From assembly GCA_002633005.1 (NCBI GenBank), contig NMRA01001251.1, forward strand, positions 1 through 35,042: DNA of 35,042 nucleotides. The letters are read 5' to 3'. Shown piece by piece: positions 12,349 through 24,730 of the stretch. Source of the stretch: Phoronis australis (taxonomy: Eukaryota; Animalia; Phoronida). Every line of letters begins with the position of its first letter. Positions within the stretch are counted from its first letter, which is position 1. The notes under the pieces are model-generated. The model saw only the letters and a program-made list of their open reading frames with translations. It had not been told where the DNA came from and ran no database searches. The position numbers and the translations under genes are program-made.

Positions 12349-13647
12349 GATAAAACGAAACTCGAATTAGGTCTTTTTAAGTTAAGTCTCACAAAACCGG
12401 TATTTTAATATGCAGCCTCGTTAAGAAAGGATTCTACTTCCGTTACCAACAAGAATTTCAAAACCAACTCCAACCTAAGAAATGGAATTTGAAAAAGTCG
12501 CATCGCATTGACTTTATTACGGAAATGTAATTCTATCGCGGTAAGAGGCATTCTGAGATTAAATTAATGAAAGCAAAAGGTCTGAATCGATATTCTAGTT
12601 TAGTCAGCTAAACAAGGCGAACTGCACTTTTAAGGTTGCACTTGGAAGACTTTACCAGGGAAATGCATGTGAGACCCCAGCAACTTAACATGTACAAATT
12701 CGGAAAATCATATCAGAAGTTCTCGGAAATAGCCGATTAGATTCACATGAAACTTTCAGATTCTATATTTTAGGCACCTTTCTCTAAAATTCTTTTAGGA
12801 ATTGGTTTTATGATGCTCCATGAAGAGATATCCAAAATAGTACTTTTTGTATAAAACAAAACGATAATTTAAACACAGTTTTTGAGATCTCATCTTGAGC
12901 ACTAAATCAGATTACTGATACTGATGTTTTGCTATCAATGTACCTTTTTGCTAAATTTTAACAAAAAAGACATGGTCACGTGACTCAATCGAAAACCAGA
13001 TTGGAATTCCAAAAAGCCATGTTCTACAGGCTTTCTACCGTCGATTACGCACCACCCTCTATGCTTTCTGCTTCAGAAAATAAAACATGCGTGTTTGTGC
13101 CAGTGGTTATCATATCGAGATTCGTCCACGCTCAAATACTTTTGCATATCACGAATATGAGATCAAGGGAACGTTCACATTTAATGACTCCTAGATTAGA
13201 GCAACACACTCGAGACAAAAGTGAAATGTCGAGTTCAGACTCGGCTCCAAGTATTAGCCTCAGTAGGGGGTCATCAAGTGCTACATTAGACTAGACCGTT
13301 CACGTAATAGAATAACACACTTGTACCGGGTGAGTTCGCCCAAAGTAGAATAAAAAATGTCAGAAATAATCTCGACTTCGATTTCGAGTAAACTAAAGAT
13401 TTGACCTTGGGCCCTGGTTAGTCAGCTTTATGACACCTTGTGCATCGTCAGCCATCGCTTATCATGTATATAGGCCTACGTATAGGGTTAATTGAAACTT
13501 TAGGCATAGATTTAATTGGATTTTGGCGACAACTTGAGCAACAGAACAGCCGCCATGATGCCATCAACAACCGTGTTTATTGATTCTAAACGCGTGCTTC
13601 CGAAGCTAGGCTGAAATTCACTCTATCCAACATGTTTTGTATCCCAG

Positions 13648-13811
13648 GTGAAATTTGCCTTTTACACGGGCGGCAGCGAAGTGATGAAAGTGGTTTTCAA
13701 CGGACAAGGCTCTACCAAAACTAACTTTTTCGCAAAAGAGAGACTGCTAGAGGACCCTTGGGACGATCTGTCGTCTTCGGCAAGCCTGAACTACTTGTCA
13801 ATCGACGGCGG
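13648..13811 (+). CDS. Exon 3 of PAN-TSP1 protein (C-terminal domain)
   Basis: Acceptor ttttgtatcccag|. Open frame VKFAFYTGGSEVMKVVFNGQGSTKTNFFAKERLLEDPWDDLSSSASLNYLSIDG. Donor GG|GTAAGG, phase 2. Confidence 0.88.
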
Positions 13812-15166
13812 GTAAGGAGTGTTCGGTTGTGGCTGGGCAACTAGAAGACTTTCAAAATTGCCGTGCCTTATTGAAATTTTCAAACCCGCCAGACGGCGAT
13901 CTCGTCTTTGGACAGACGTTCAGCGCCGCCCACAGTTCCCACGTAATGCGGACTGGAGATTTCAACCTAGTCGATAGAAACCGCGTTTTGACCCTTTTCT
14001 TGTCATCGTAGTGCCAGCAAATCAAATGTGCGGCGGGATTAGTAATGGCAATCCTCTTGAAATATCCGTAAATCAAAGATGTCCTATACAGTTCCCAGTG
14101 CTTTTTGCTCAGTGAGAAATCCGCGACTGCATGGTCCGTAGCTGCGACTGATAAAAGCGGTGGAGTTGCGATCCCTTCAGACTGGATGTCAAAAAGCTAA
14201 AACAAATTAGTGACCTTGACCCAATCATACAGTGCGAGCGTTGACAATGGGATCTATTCCTCTGTTTTTAAATTAATGAACCACTACCGACATGTATATG
14301 TAGCCTACGTGAATTGCTGTCCGCTAAATCTCTGAGTCCGGATCAAGCGGACGCTTTCCTCGCTCTCATTACTACATGTATAGAGATCACTGATATATAC
14401 ATACAGTACCCGATTGTGTGCCAAGAGGGAACAAGCTGGTTTAGGATGCGTTATGAAAATATAAAAACTTGGTCAAAGACGCTTGCCAAAAGTTCTCAAT
14501 TCAGTCCACTTAAACTTAATGTCCCAAAGCTGGTCTAATTACTTTAATAGAATATGTGGACTACATGTATGTAACAATTCAACATGCTTGTTACCAAGAT
14601 TCAATGACTCTGTAGGTCATTTTAATGCACTACCTCCCATGCCCACTAAAATTAAACCATTTCCGGGTGAAGAGCAAATTTAAAAATCCTGCTTTCAGTG
14701 TGTCAAAGCACAATTTTTGATTTGATTTAAGAAATCTGACGACAATAAACACCACCGCCACTTCAAAACGACTCCTCCGCCAGTTTTGAAATCAAGTCAG
14801 TAAGTTAACTTTTGATGTCTTTTCTCAAATCACGACATAAACTTTACGACAAATGTAATGTTAAATTGAGTTGGGAAACAAGACATTTGTCTGGATGATG
14901 CTCAGTGATATGTACACTGTACACAGATGCCGACCTCATTTATCAACCGAACTTTTCGGTCCGTTAACACCCATACATGTACGGTATTTGGGTTCATTTA
15001 GGCCTTTTCGTTACAACTACCACACGAAACGTTTTGATTAAGTTAGCAAACTGTTACAAAGTGGTGTTTCAATTGGAACATACCTTCTTCAGTATTCGTG
15101 TCTAACGTATAGGCCTACTAATGAATGAATCTACTTTCACCATTCCTCGTTTCTACTTTTTTACAG

Positions 15167-15345
15167 CGGTGGCAGTCGACGATTCTTTATCAATAAACAG
15201 TACGGTGGATGTAACGGCGACGCAGGTTGGGTAGTTGTCGTGGATGCCTATGACGCCGGTTGCTCCAACTGGGACAAGATGTTGTCATGGCCACAGTTTG
15301 TTTACAGCTCAACGGCAAATTATTTAAATTGGGGCAATAATTGGG
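15167..15345 (+). CDS. Exon 4 of PAN-TSP1 protein (C-terminal domain)
   Basis: Acceptor ttctacttttttacag|, phase-2 compatible. Reads GGSRRFFINKQYGGCNGDAGWVVVVDAYDAGCSNWDKMLSWPQFVYSSTANYLNWGNNW. Donor G|GTAGGT, phase 1. Confidence 0.88.
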
Positions 15346-15795
15346 GTAGGTAACGTTACAGGTCACCAATTAAAGGCTGACCCATGAAGTAAATTTGATG
15401 ATGAGTAATGGTTTGCAGACACAAACAACTTTAAGGGCGATCCAGGGGTCACAGGCTTCGCCCACAGTGCATGACAGCGTTTTTTCATTCAGTGACTTTA
15501 CCAGACGAAGGGGTTCTGAGCGTGTGATAACATCTAGCCTCTTTGTTACCGCCAAGCAGTCTTTGTCTGTTATGACAACAGGCAGGCCAATTATCTACCA
15601 GGCGATTCAAAAACTAAACATGATCACCATTAGACGAGGATTTCAGAAATGCTATTGGTTTATGTTCAAATATTTTATAACTTAACTTTTGTTTTTAACA
15701 GCACAACTAGATACGATCTTTTTGAAGACTAGAACAATTATCGAACAAAAGAGAGCTGGCCCTCCAACCATGAATGCCAATCATTTTTCTTCCAG

Positions 15796-15845
15796 GTACT
15801 AATGCCAAGATGGCCGACGTCATGGCGATATATTTAAAGTACTAG
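15796..15845 (+). CDS. Exon 5 (terminal coding exon) of PAN-TSP1 protein
   Basis: Acceptor tttttcttccag|. Phase-1 compatible, giving (G)TNAKMADVMAIYLKY with TAG at 15843-15845. The five exons sum to 1065 nt = 354 aa + stop. Confidence 0.82.
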
Positions 15846-17090
15846 ATCAACGGCAGTTTTGGACTACATCTGGCTCTGTTACTTTACAGACGCCGCACGA
15901 GGCGACCTGACTAACGGGCGCCTGATGCCGCGATTGAAACTACTATACACTGCAATGTCCAATGCAAGAAAGGCTGACGAAAGGACGTTTTTATAGTCTG
16001 TTTATTGCGATATTTAGAATGAGGATGACCTTTTTAGTGATGACACTATTTTCGGAAGAGTGCCCTCATCGTTAACCAGCAAACAGTGAAAAGTACATGT
16101 ATTCTACGTTTACACCATGACCAGTAGAGAATGGGCAACTAGACAGGTTGGCGCATCTCAGAATCTGCCGGTTTACGTCAAAGACACCATGCTGTCGCGG
16201 TTAATTAAATAGACCCAGACTGCTTACGTTGTCGTATTTTTAATTTTAGTTTTGTGAAATTTGTAAACAGCATATTTGAATATTCCTCGAACAGAACACA
16301 TGGTTAGGTTTTTGAACTGGACAAGAAATGACTTTTTGCAGCCTACTCGTTTGCTTCATGTAGCAATGTGTTCTTCATTAATTTTGTTGGGTGTGCAACA
16401 TAAATGTGCCAATTACCAAACCACCAAGCAGCAGTGTTGGATTTTTTGAGGTAAACCAAGTGTCATCCTACAATTTTTGCAGTGTTTTCGAAGAGAAACC
16501 CAGAACATGAACAATTATAGGCACCACAGTTCAGGGGAGTTAAGCACAGTAGATTAAGCTTTTTGCTTGTTGAATCTGCACGCTTCCATTAAAGACAATG
16601 TACACATCATTGCAAATATCACTCTTTTGTTTTCTCATTTTCAAATGCAGACATCAATCAGATCTATCATTAGTGTTCCAAGTAATCGAACTCCAGCGTC
16701 AGGCATGCTACCAGCTTAAAACAAATACAACTGATTCGAATGCGATTATTGCATACCAAATGAACTTTGACATACATTATTGATGACTGGTGCTTGTAAC
16801 TGTTGAACTCAACTTGTTCCTTTATCAGATGAGCAGCGGTTTGTGGGCTAGGAAATACGTGGTAGTACGTGACTGCCAGAGACCATGATGGGTGCATAAA
16901 AGGCCCGACCCGACAACTTCAACTTGTCGTGAGCCTGACCGAGTGCAATACCTGCCACTTATTTTCAAGCCCAAAATCCACCTTTAGTTTGAAAAAAAGA
17001 ACCAGGTGAGACTAACTCCACAACTATAAGTGGTCTAATCCAATAGTTAATTTTTTGGTGGCAGGTGGGTTTGTAACAACTTGAAATCAT

Positions 17091-18094
17091 TTACCCAGGG
17101 ACTGCTGGGTAAGAAAAGTTAACACTTTTTTCTATAACGTATTGAACAGCATTCAGTAATTTCACTTTGTCCCTCAACCAGACTTCGTGTGGTTGAAGAT
17201 GTTTGTTTTCTGGTAACTCAGTCAAAACCTTCTCCAGATACTCAGTGTCATGTGCCAGCACCAGGGGGCATTGACTGACTACCTCAGTTGAAAAACCCTG
17301 TCGGTTCAACAGTTTCAACCTGCACTCAAGGTCTTCCATAGGTATTTTGAGCAAGTGCCCAATATTCTGTATCATAACTGCCTTTTTTGAATACTGCTTC
17401 AGTTGTAACAGGTTGAACAGTTTCTGCTGCTTGAGAGAACTCCTACTCTCAATGTTGATTGATATCCGCTCTGAAGTCATCATCCAAAATACCTGCAGGG
17501 GAGTCATTGATTCAACACCCGACTGCTTCAGTTGACTTATGGCAGCCTCAAGCCTTACAAGACTATAACCCAATATATAAGTATGCCGAGACAAGAGTTT
17601 CCTGTCAACACCGTGAGATAGGAGACAGTCAATCTTCCTCTTCAGATTCACAATACTGTGTTGCAAAACAGCATTCTCATAATTTATGTTTCGTTCCTCC
17701 ACCCCTAACAAGTCGGCAATTGTACGAAGCTTCGTCCTGCCTTTTAGTATGTCATTCTCTTTGCAAAAGCCTGACATGAGCTGCTGAAAGCGGGTCTTAC
17801 CCTGACAAATCCACATCAGAGGCAAAGGTTCGGGGACTCTAGCAGCTTTCATCTGTAACAACCGTTCCTGGATCACGCTATAGCGTTTGCTCAGAATCTG
17901 CGGAGAGTTCCTGATACTTTCCATAGTTACTCCTTCCGACTGGAGCAAGGAAATTTTCTCTTTCATGTGACGCAACCTGTGAGCCTTGTCCATGCGTAGC
18001 AGGTTGGGGAATCGAGAAAGCATGTTGCCCAGCTGGGGGCCATCACACTGCAGTGCATTCAAGAGACGACTAATTTGGCCGTCACAGTCCGAGT
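17091..18094 (-). CDS. Terminal exon of mTERF-family (mitochondrial transcription termination factor-like) gene
   Basis: The longest ORF in the window (323 aa), extended upstream to acceptor ttttttttctag|. Contains repeated mTERF-like motifs: KISLLQSEGVTMESIRNSPQILS, KIDCLLSHGVDRKLLSRHTYILGYS and RLKLLNRQGFSTEVVSQCPLVLAH. Confidence 0.85.
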
Positions 18095-18955
18095 CTAGAA
18101 AAAAAATGTTGAAATGAATGCAAGATAATTAGATGACCATTTGAAGGACAAGTAGATGAATTCCACAATTAAAGTTATTTTTAAAAGTTGTAACTAAAAA
18201 TAAATGGCTCTTAATTTGATGAGAGAAACATGTATTCAACAATATGGAAAAGAAATGGTATGTACCATCATTATACATGCAGAAGTATTGCCATGTATGG
18301 TATGACATCACATCTTCAACGTTACTACGTGACCAATCGAGATACAAATGGGCAACAAGACGTATAACAAAATGCTGATTACTTCGACCTCCACTCTTCT
18401 TAATGGAATATGCAAGACTTAACATTTTCTGTATCATCAAATTTCGCTTTTAACAGAACACCAATGTGATAAGGTGCTCGTGGGAAATACATCACACGAG
18501 TTGCGTAATCATCATTTCATGCATACTGTTTACTGATGACATGAATCAAAAAATATGTAAGCCACTAAAAACCATGTTCTGGAGTGAAACACGAATGTTT
18601 CCATTTTGAAGGTCTTTTAGCCAATTTGTCATAGTTGAATTTTGTTTAAAAATATACAATTTAGAATCTTTCCACTACATTTCTACAAAAATAGCATGGT
18701 GACGCAGCAAGTTCTAAAACACGTCAACTGGTTGTTCAATTCTGATACGTGTCACTGTGCTCAGTGACTGAGGCAATATGGCAAAAAACTGTCGAGTTAG
18801 ATCTCCGAAAAAGACAAAAAACAAAAAAATGACAAATCACCACACATCTTGAGTCTAATTTTAATAAAAAACAAAATTTCTTGAGACATTGTAAAGTAGA
18901 CACATTGTATGAAAATTTCATACTGAGCAAAATTTCATTTCCTCAAATAACGAAC

Positions 18956-19066
18956 CTAAGGACGTATTGTTTGTGTAGTCCATGGTGGTCAGTTTTTCCC
19001 TGATGATGTCTTGTTCGTCTAACAATAATATCCCTGGCCTCTCAACTATCTCATCAAGATGGCACC
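18956..19066 (-). CDS. Internal exon of mTERF-family gene
   Basis: Acceptor tcttccag|. 111 nt, phase 1/1. Reads (G)CHLDEIVERPGILLLDEQDIIREKLTTMDYTNNTSL, which has an mTERF-like 'I..P.IL' motif. Donor AG|GTTCGT. Confidence 0.8.
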
Positions 19067-19563
19067 CTGGAAGACAACTGACACAGTATTATTTAACTTA
19101 AAACTACATTTAATCCTCACTAGATACTAAAATCCAACCAGGCCTTTTACTCTCATAAAATCCACCTTGTATATTTCCTCATAACGCTAGGATTCTATTT
19201 CCGTTGCCCACAAAATGCTTCTAGTTTATAGGGGTTTGCCAACCCTGAAATTGCGAATTGAAAAATGCCGCATGTTTACACTGGCTGTGTCATGAGTTGG
19301 GAAAATCACAAGGCACCATCAACCAAGAAAAAGGTGATATCCAAAAAAGTTATAATTCAATTTTCAACACTTACAAGTTTGCCAGAAAAGGTAAAAATTC
19401 AATTTTGAGGAAACCACAATTTCCCTTAGCAAAAAACTCAGCAATATTGTAATGACCATTAAAGATTCTCAAAGAATGAATATTTTGGCCATCAAAAATT
19501 ATTGACACCTCAGGCACAATTTTAGAGCCTGAGATTAAGGATATGTTTACTGGAGTGACATAC

Positions 19564-19660
19564 CAAGCTGCAAAAGAGTTGCCAGTTTCTTATTCATTTC
19601 TGATACATCAAGGTTGGTGTTTAGAATCCTTACGAAACGTCCAACCATGCCTTCTGTTAG
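19564..19660 (-). CDS. Internal exon of mTERF-family gene
   Basis: Acceptor tcttttgcag|. 97 nt, phase 0/1. Reads LTEGMVGRFVRILNTNLDVSEMNKKLATLLQLG and joins the next exon to form KLATLLQLGCHLDEIVERPGIL. Donor G|GTATGT. Confidence 0.78.
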
Positions 19661-20974
19661 CTGCAAAAGATATGTAAAAACCAATTAAATGACTTCACCA
19701 GTCAATAGATTACCAGCATATCTCTAGTTATGGGTAATACCAGAGTGCCAACATTGAGGTCAATGTTCCTGAGTTTTGTAAAATCTATACCCTGAAATAG
19801 GTGCATTCACTTATAGGTCAAATACACTTCAGCAACATCACAAAGCAATTTCTTTAAAGCGGGATATGAATGAAGCTCGACTCCACTGTTACAGGAGACA
19901 GTGTAACTCAGTGGTTTAAGCTCCGCACTCCCATTTGAGAAACATGTGTTCGAATCCTGGCTTTGCTGGCAGACAATGGAGCAATGCACAAGTGTCTCAT
20001 ACTCCTCCGAGTTCGATTTTACTAGGGAATGCACATGTATGCAAGGGGATGAATTAGAACCTGGATATAACGCGACAGCGATTTTTGGGGCTGTGCTTGT
20101 ATTTTTGCTGTTATCAACGGTAGATGAATGGAATGACAATTGCCAAATAATAAACAGGTCACATGTACTGTAACATTAAATACCAAAGTTTCATAATGCG
20201 ATGAATACTTTCAGTCATCCAGTTGAGTAAATATTAATATGTAGAAAATGACAACTGAGAACTGATTGCAAAGAAATAGGCAAAACTGCGGAACGCAAAT
20301 GCCGAAAGCATGACCTGAATAAACGCAACGGAAGTCAAAATATCAGAAGTGTTGAACTACCCAATGTTTTCTCATTAAACCTACCATTTTGGAAATCAAA
20401 AGACTGGTTACTGATTCAGAAGAAATATCTTTCATGTTCGCAATCCATCTGACAGTTAACAATATTATGTTGTCATTTGTTGTAAGAACACTTGTTGCCA
20501 ACTAGTGGTTAAACAATTGGCGGAGCTTATCGGCAGTTGATTGTCTGACCTGTCAAAGACTCGCTGAAATGGCTTCTGTAATGTACTGCGATTTAAAGTG
20601 AAACATCTTTAGATCATGTACATCTCGGTCACAGATTTCAAAATATACGCAAAAGGATTCAGAACAAAAAAATCACATTTTCGAATGGTAACGAAAACAG
20701 GAACAGAGGCAGATCTTACGGCTAAGAAACTGTGTGAACCTTGGCGAATCAGTTCTCAGCTGACAGATTGCCTGGCGTCTGTTTTCACTTCGTTGATCAT
20801 GCATGGTAGGTCAACATGCAAATTACTCCAAATGATAACTGACTACCTAAAGCAAAGCAATTTTTGTGGCAATGAATATAGATCTCATTTTAGCTAATGA
20901 AAGCTGAAGATTCAGGGATTTTCTAAGCCAACAAAAATGCACACGTTACATTTCATAAATGAACATGGGATGCT

Positions 20975-21335
20975 CCTGGTGGGGAAAAGACTTGTGGCGG
21001 TGTACACCCTTGGTGGGGTAAAGTGTGGCACTGTAAACCCCCGGTGGGGTAACGAGGTGTAGGTGTGACAAGGTGTAGCAGTGTACACACCTGGTGGGGA
21101 GAGACGTGTGACAGTGTATACCCCTGGAGAGACGAGGAAGTATGACAGCGTAGACACCTGGAGGGGTGAACAGGTGTAGCAGTGTACACCACAGGTAGAG
21201 GGAAGAGGTAAAACAACATAAAAACCAGACGGGGTAAGGATGAGTGGCAGTGTACACCCCTGGTGAGGTGAAGACGTGCGTCATCAGGGTACACAACCTG
21301 GTCAGGTAAGGACATGTGGCAGCATACACCACTGA
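20975..21335 (+). repeat. Degenerate minisatellite, ~31-bp unit (approx. ggtgtagcagtgtacacccctggtggggaaga)
   Basis: About 11 diverged copies of the gtgtacac..ctggtgggg core. Explains the repetitive ORFs 20912-21434 (PGVYTAT repeats). Confidence 0.85.
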
Positions 21336-23035
21336 ACACTGATTACCTCTGGTGTATGTAATTAGCATAAAAAAAATATTTGCAGTCTGAGCTGTTTGAT
21401 AGATGATATGTATTTGTGTGGACTCTGTACACAACAGGCTGAGGGGAGGAGTTGAATCAATAAATCCGAATCATAGAATTATTGATGATAGTTCACACGT
21501 AATTAAACCTGTCCTTACAGGCAACCGAAATAACCCACGGATATTGATTTGAAAGGAAATCAATAAATTCAAGTGTTCTCAGGCGAATGAAACATGTGCC
21601 ACACAAATAAACTGCTCAAGTAAAAGTGCTCTGTAAGAAAAGGTGTGGAAATCATCACAGAAACCCATTACGCTTGATGAGATACAACATGCAACTGCAC
21701 TTAAAGTGCACTTTGCGTGCTAATTCCTTATCTATGTGATTGCTTGGTCAAATTAGTTAGAAACACAACACATAGCGAGAATGTGAATAATAAAGTATGG
21801 TGAAAATTGCTAAATGTTTTTAAGAAGGAGTTTTGTGTCAAAAATGATCCGCGATAAATCCCTCAACCTTTTCCAGTAAGTATCGTGACGTGGTGTTGGG
21901 GAATAACACAGCATGATGCGGGCTATGTGAGACCCCAAGGTACGTCACTAGTGCTAAGTTTACCTATTTGCATATTTTTTTGTTTTCACATTCACAAGTT
22001 GTCAATGAGTACAACTACTGCACTATATTTAGAGTAGATTGTCATTTAGTTCCTGCTATACATGAGCATAGACAGGAGCATACAAATAAAATTTAATGCC
22101 TCAAAGCACAAAAGGCTGGACTCTTGTAGGTTGAATTTAAGGGAGTGTCATTCACCAGTGATATTAGGATTTTTATAGCAGACGTTTGCTGTTAATAGAA
22201 GCTATTTTGAGAATAGGCATAGCCTCATCAGGGCTTGATTTGATGACCACAGATTTTGTTTGGTGACCTTGTAAAAGTCTTAAGTCGCCAATCAACACAA
22301 AGTAAATAAAAAGGAATTCGAAGGGTCTGACAAAACTGACAGCCATGACCACAATGCCAGTTCAAACAATGTTTTCTGGTCTCTGCTTTTGTTAGGAGCC
22401 AAATGATGGTGCCACAAAACCCTAAAACACACCTGACAGCACTACTTTCCCCATGCTGTATGCTGTAACATGCAAGGACAGTTGTGCAGCATTTTTTGGT
22501 CAAACAGGAAAACGGGTAAGGTTGCTATAGCAACTCACGTGTTTTCTTGACTTTGGAAACCTCATTTCCAAGATGGCAACCCAGTAATTTTGTCAGGTTG
22601 CATTTGGCGAGTTGGCATTATGTTAGCCCAGCTTATTTATAACCTCGGTGTGTCAACAGGCAAGTGAATTCACAAAACCGCGACACAACAACCCCGTGAC
22701 CTAGATATGTTCCGGTTAATAGAGATTTCCTCAAAGTGATCATGTATATGAGATGGGTGGGTGGCGTTGGACCCTCTGCTCCCTAAAACTGCTAAAAAAA
22801 ACTTGATGGAAGAAGAATTTTCGTTGACAGCCATTAATTTTGTTGCAGACAGACTGTTAACAAAATTAAGTAAACAGTGTAATGACCTAACAGATGAATG
22901 CTAACCCCTTAAAAAATATAAAATAAAAATAAAATTCAATTAGGCTAACTTGAAAGAGAAGATATTTTGACAACTTTTCAAATGACCATACTAATGGTAA
23001 ACATTTGTCAACTAAACTTTTCATATCAGTTTTAC

Positions 23036-23257
23036 CTTGTCTCCAGGTCTAATTTTATCTCTTGTCAGCAGATAGTCACAGACTATACTTAGGTGTTCAG
23101 TTTGACTCAAAACTGATGGTACAGCTTTACAAAGACTCTGCTGGCAGTGAAATGACTTCATCTGTGAAGACAAGAGCGTAACCCACCATTTGGTGGGACC
23201 CGGGAATGACTGCAAACAACAGGGGTGGGGCAGCAGTGACTTAAAGATGGCTTTCAT
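23036..23257 (-). CDS. Probable first coding exon of mTERF-family gene (possible mitochondrial targeting peptide)
   Basis: ATG at 23257 lies just downstream of an acceptor (ttttacag|, exon from 23274). The N-terminus MKAIFKSLLPHPCCLQSFPGPTKWW... is poor in acidic residues. Donor AAG|GTAAAA is phase 0, compatible with the 19660 exon. The 4-exon model is 1434 nt = 477 aa. Confidence 0.6.
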
Positions 23258-23356
23258 TCTGTCAGTGATGTGATCTGTAAAAAGCAGATGAGAAAGTGAA
23301 GCACAACAAATTATTTATTTAATATTCTAAAATCTTGGAACCTTTCATTTCGTTAA

Positions 23357-24730
23357 AGGCGAAGGCAACCTTTTTCCATGTCATTTTGAGCTAAAATAAG
23401 GTTGGTTGGTTATCCTAGACATATTTTTCACTTAATTACAGCTTTTCGTAATTGTATTAATTACTCGTCCGCTTTTCCGGAAGTGACGTTTTAGGAGGCA
23501 AGCGCTTCCCGCCACTTGGTTTTGCGTTGAGCTTACTGTGCGAATCTGTTCTATTCTACTTTTGTTTTGTGCTATTTTTCACCAATTGTCGCCACCACTT
23601 TCCATCAGCGAGTATTCTGCGGCAAGATAGGTTAGTAGAGAACTCAACTGCGTTGGATTTAGGGATTGTTTAGTGTGTTGTAAGCTGAAAATGGCTGGAG
23701 TCGGTGACCTGTATCACAGTGTGAGTGACGGAGACCTTGTTCACAGCAGTGGTGACGAGGAATTTTTTCACGAACANNNNNNNNNNNNNNNNNNNNNNNN
23801 NNNNNNNNNNNNNNNNNNNNNNNNNNNNNNNNNNNNNNNNNNNNNNNNNNNNNNNNNNNNNNNNNNNNNNNNNNNNNNNNNNNNNNNNNNNNNNNNNNNN
23901 NNNNNNNNNNNNNNNNNNNNNNNNNNNNNNNNNNNNNNNNNNNNNNNNNNNNNNNNNNNNNNNNNNNNNNNNNNNNNNNNNNNNNNNNNNNNNNNNNNNN
24001 NNNNNNNNNNNNNNNNNNNNNNNNNNNNNNNNNNNNNNNNNNNNNNNNNNNNNNNNNNNNNNNNNNNNNNNNNNNNNNNNNNNNNNNNNNNNNNNNNNNN
24101 NNNNNNNNNNNNNNNNNNNNNNNNNNNNNNNNNNNNNNNNNNNNNNNNNNNNNNNNNNNNNNNNNNNNNNNNNNNNNNNNNNNNNNNNNNNNNNNNNNNN
24201 NNNNNNNNNNNNNNNNNNNNNNNNNNNNNNNNNNNNNNNNNNNNNNNNNNNNNNNNNNNNNNNNNNNNNNNNNNNNNNNNNNNNNNNNNNNNNNNNNNNN
24301 NNNNNNNNNNNNNNNNNNNNNNNNNNNNNNNNNNNNNNNNNNNNNNNNNNNNNNNNNNNNNNNNNNNNNNNNNNNNNNNNNNNNNNNNNNNNNNNNNNNN
24401 NNNNNNNNNNNNNNNNNNNNNNNNNNNNNNNNNNNNNNNNNNNNNNNNNNNNNNNNNNNNNNNNNNNNNNNNNNNNNNNNNNNNNNNNNNAACGACGACG
24501 GAACTTAACACAACCGAGGTAGAACAATGACTGACTCGGCAGCTCTCACAGTCAGACTATGTGAAAAGAAATTGGCGGGAAGCGCTTGCCTCCTAAAACG
24601 TCACTTCCGGAAAAGCGGACGAATAATTAATAAAATTACGAAAAGCTGTAATTAAGTGAAAAATATGTCTAGGATAACCAACCAACCTTATTTTAGCTCA
24701 AAATGACATGGAAAAAGGTTGCCTTCGCCT
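23357..24730. mobile_element. Kolobok-like non-autonomous element with 158-bp TIRs and TTAA TSD
   Basis: 23357-23514 is the near-perfect reverse complement of 24573-24730 (2 mismatches seen). AGG...CCT termini. TTAA at 23353-23356 and 24731-24734. The interior is mostly an N gap. Confidence 0.85.
23777..24490. other. Assembly gap (N run)
   Basis: 714 consecutive N. Confidence 1.

Noticed and set aside
13100-13415. Partial relative of the 33273 MITE (...ttcgagtaaactaaagatttgaccttgggccctgg)
   Set aside because: Only one end is recognisable; the other boundary could not be defined.
20550-20846. Candidate - strand exon bounded by AG/GT
   Set aside because: Stop codons in all three frames.
20912-21434. 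Three overlapping repetitive ORFs
   Set aside because: They are translations of the ~31-bp minisatellite within an intron.
23670-24530. Four 247-285 aa ORFs
   Set aside because: Artefacts of translating through the N gap.
23357-24730. piggyBac assignment from the TTAA TSD
   Set aside because: Termini are AGG...CCT rather than the CC(Y) typical of piggyBac; Kolobok fits better.
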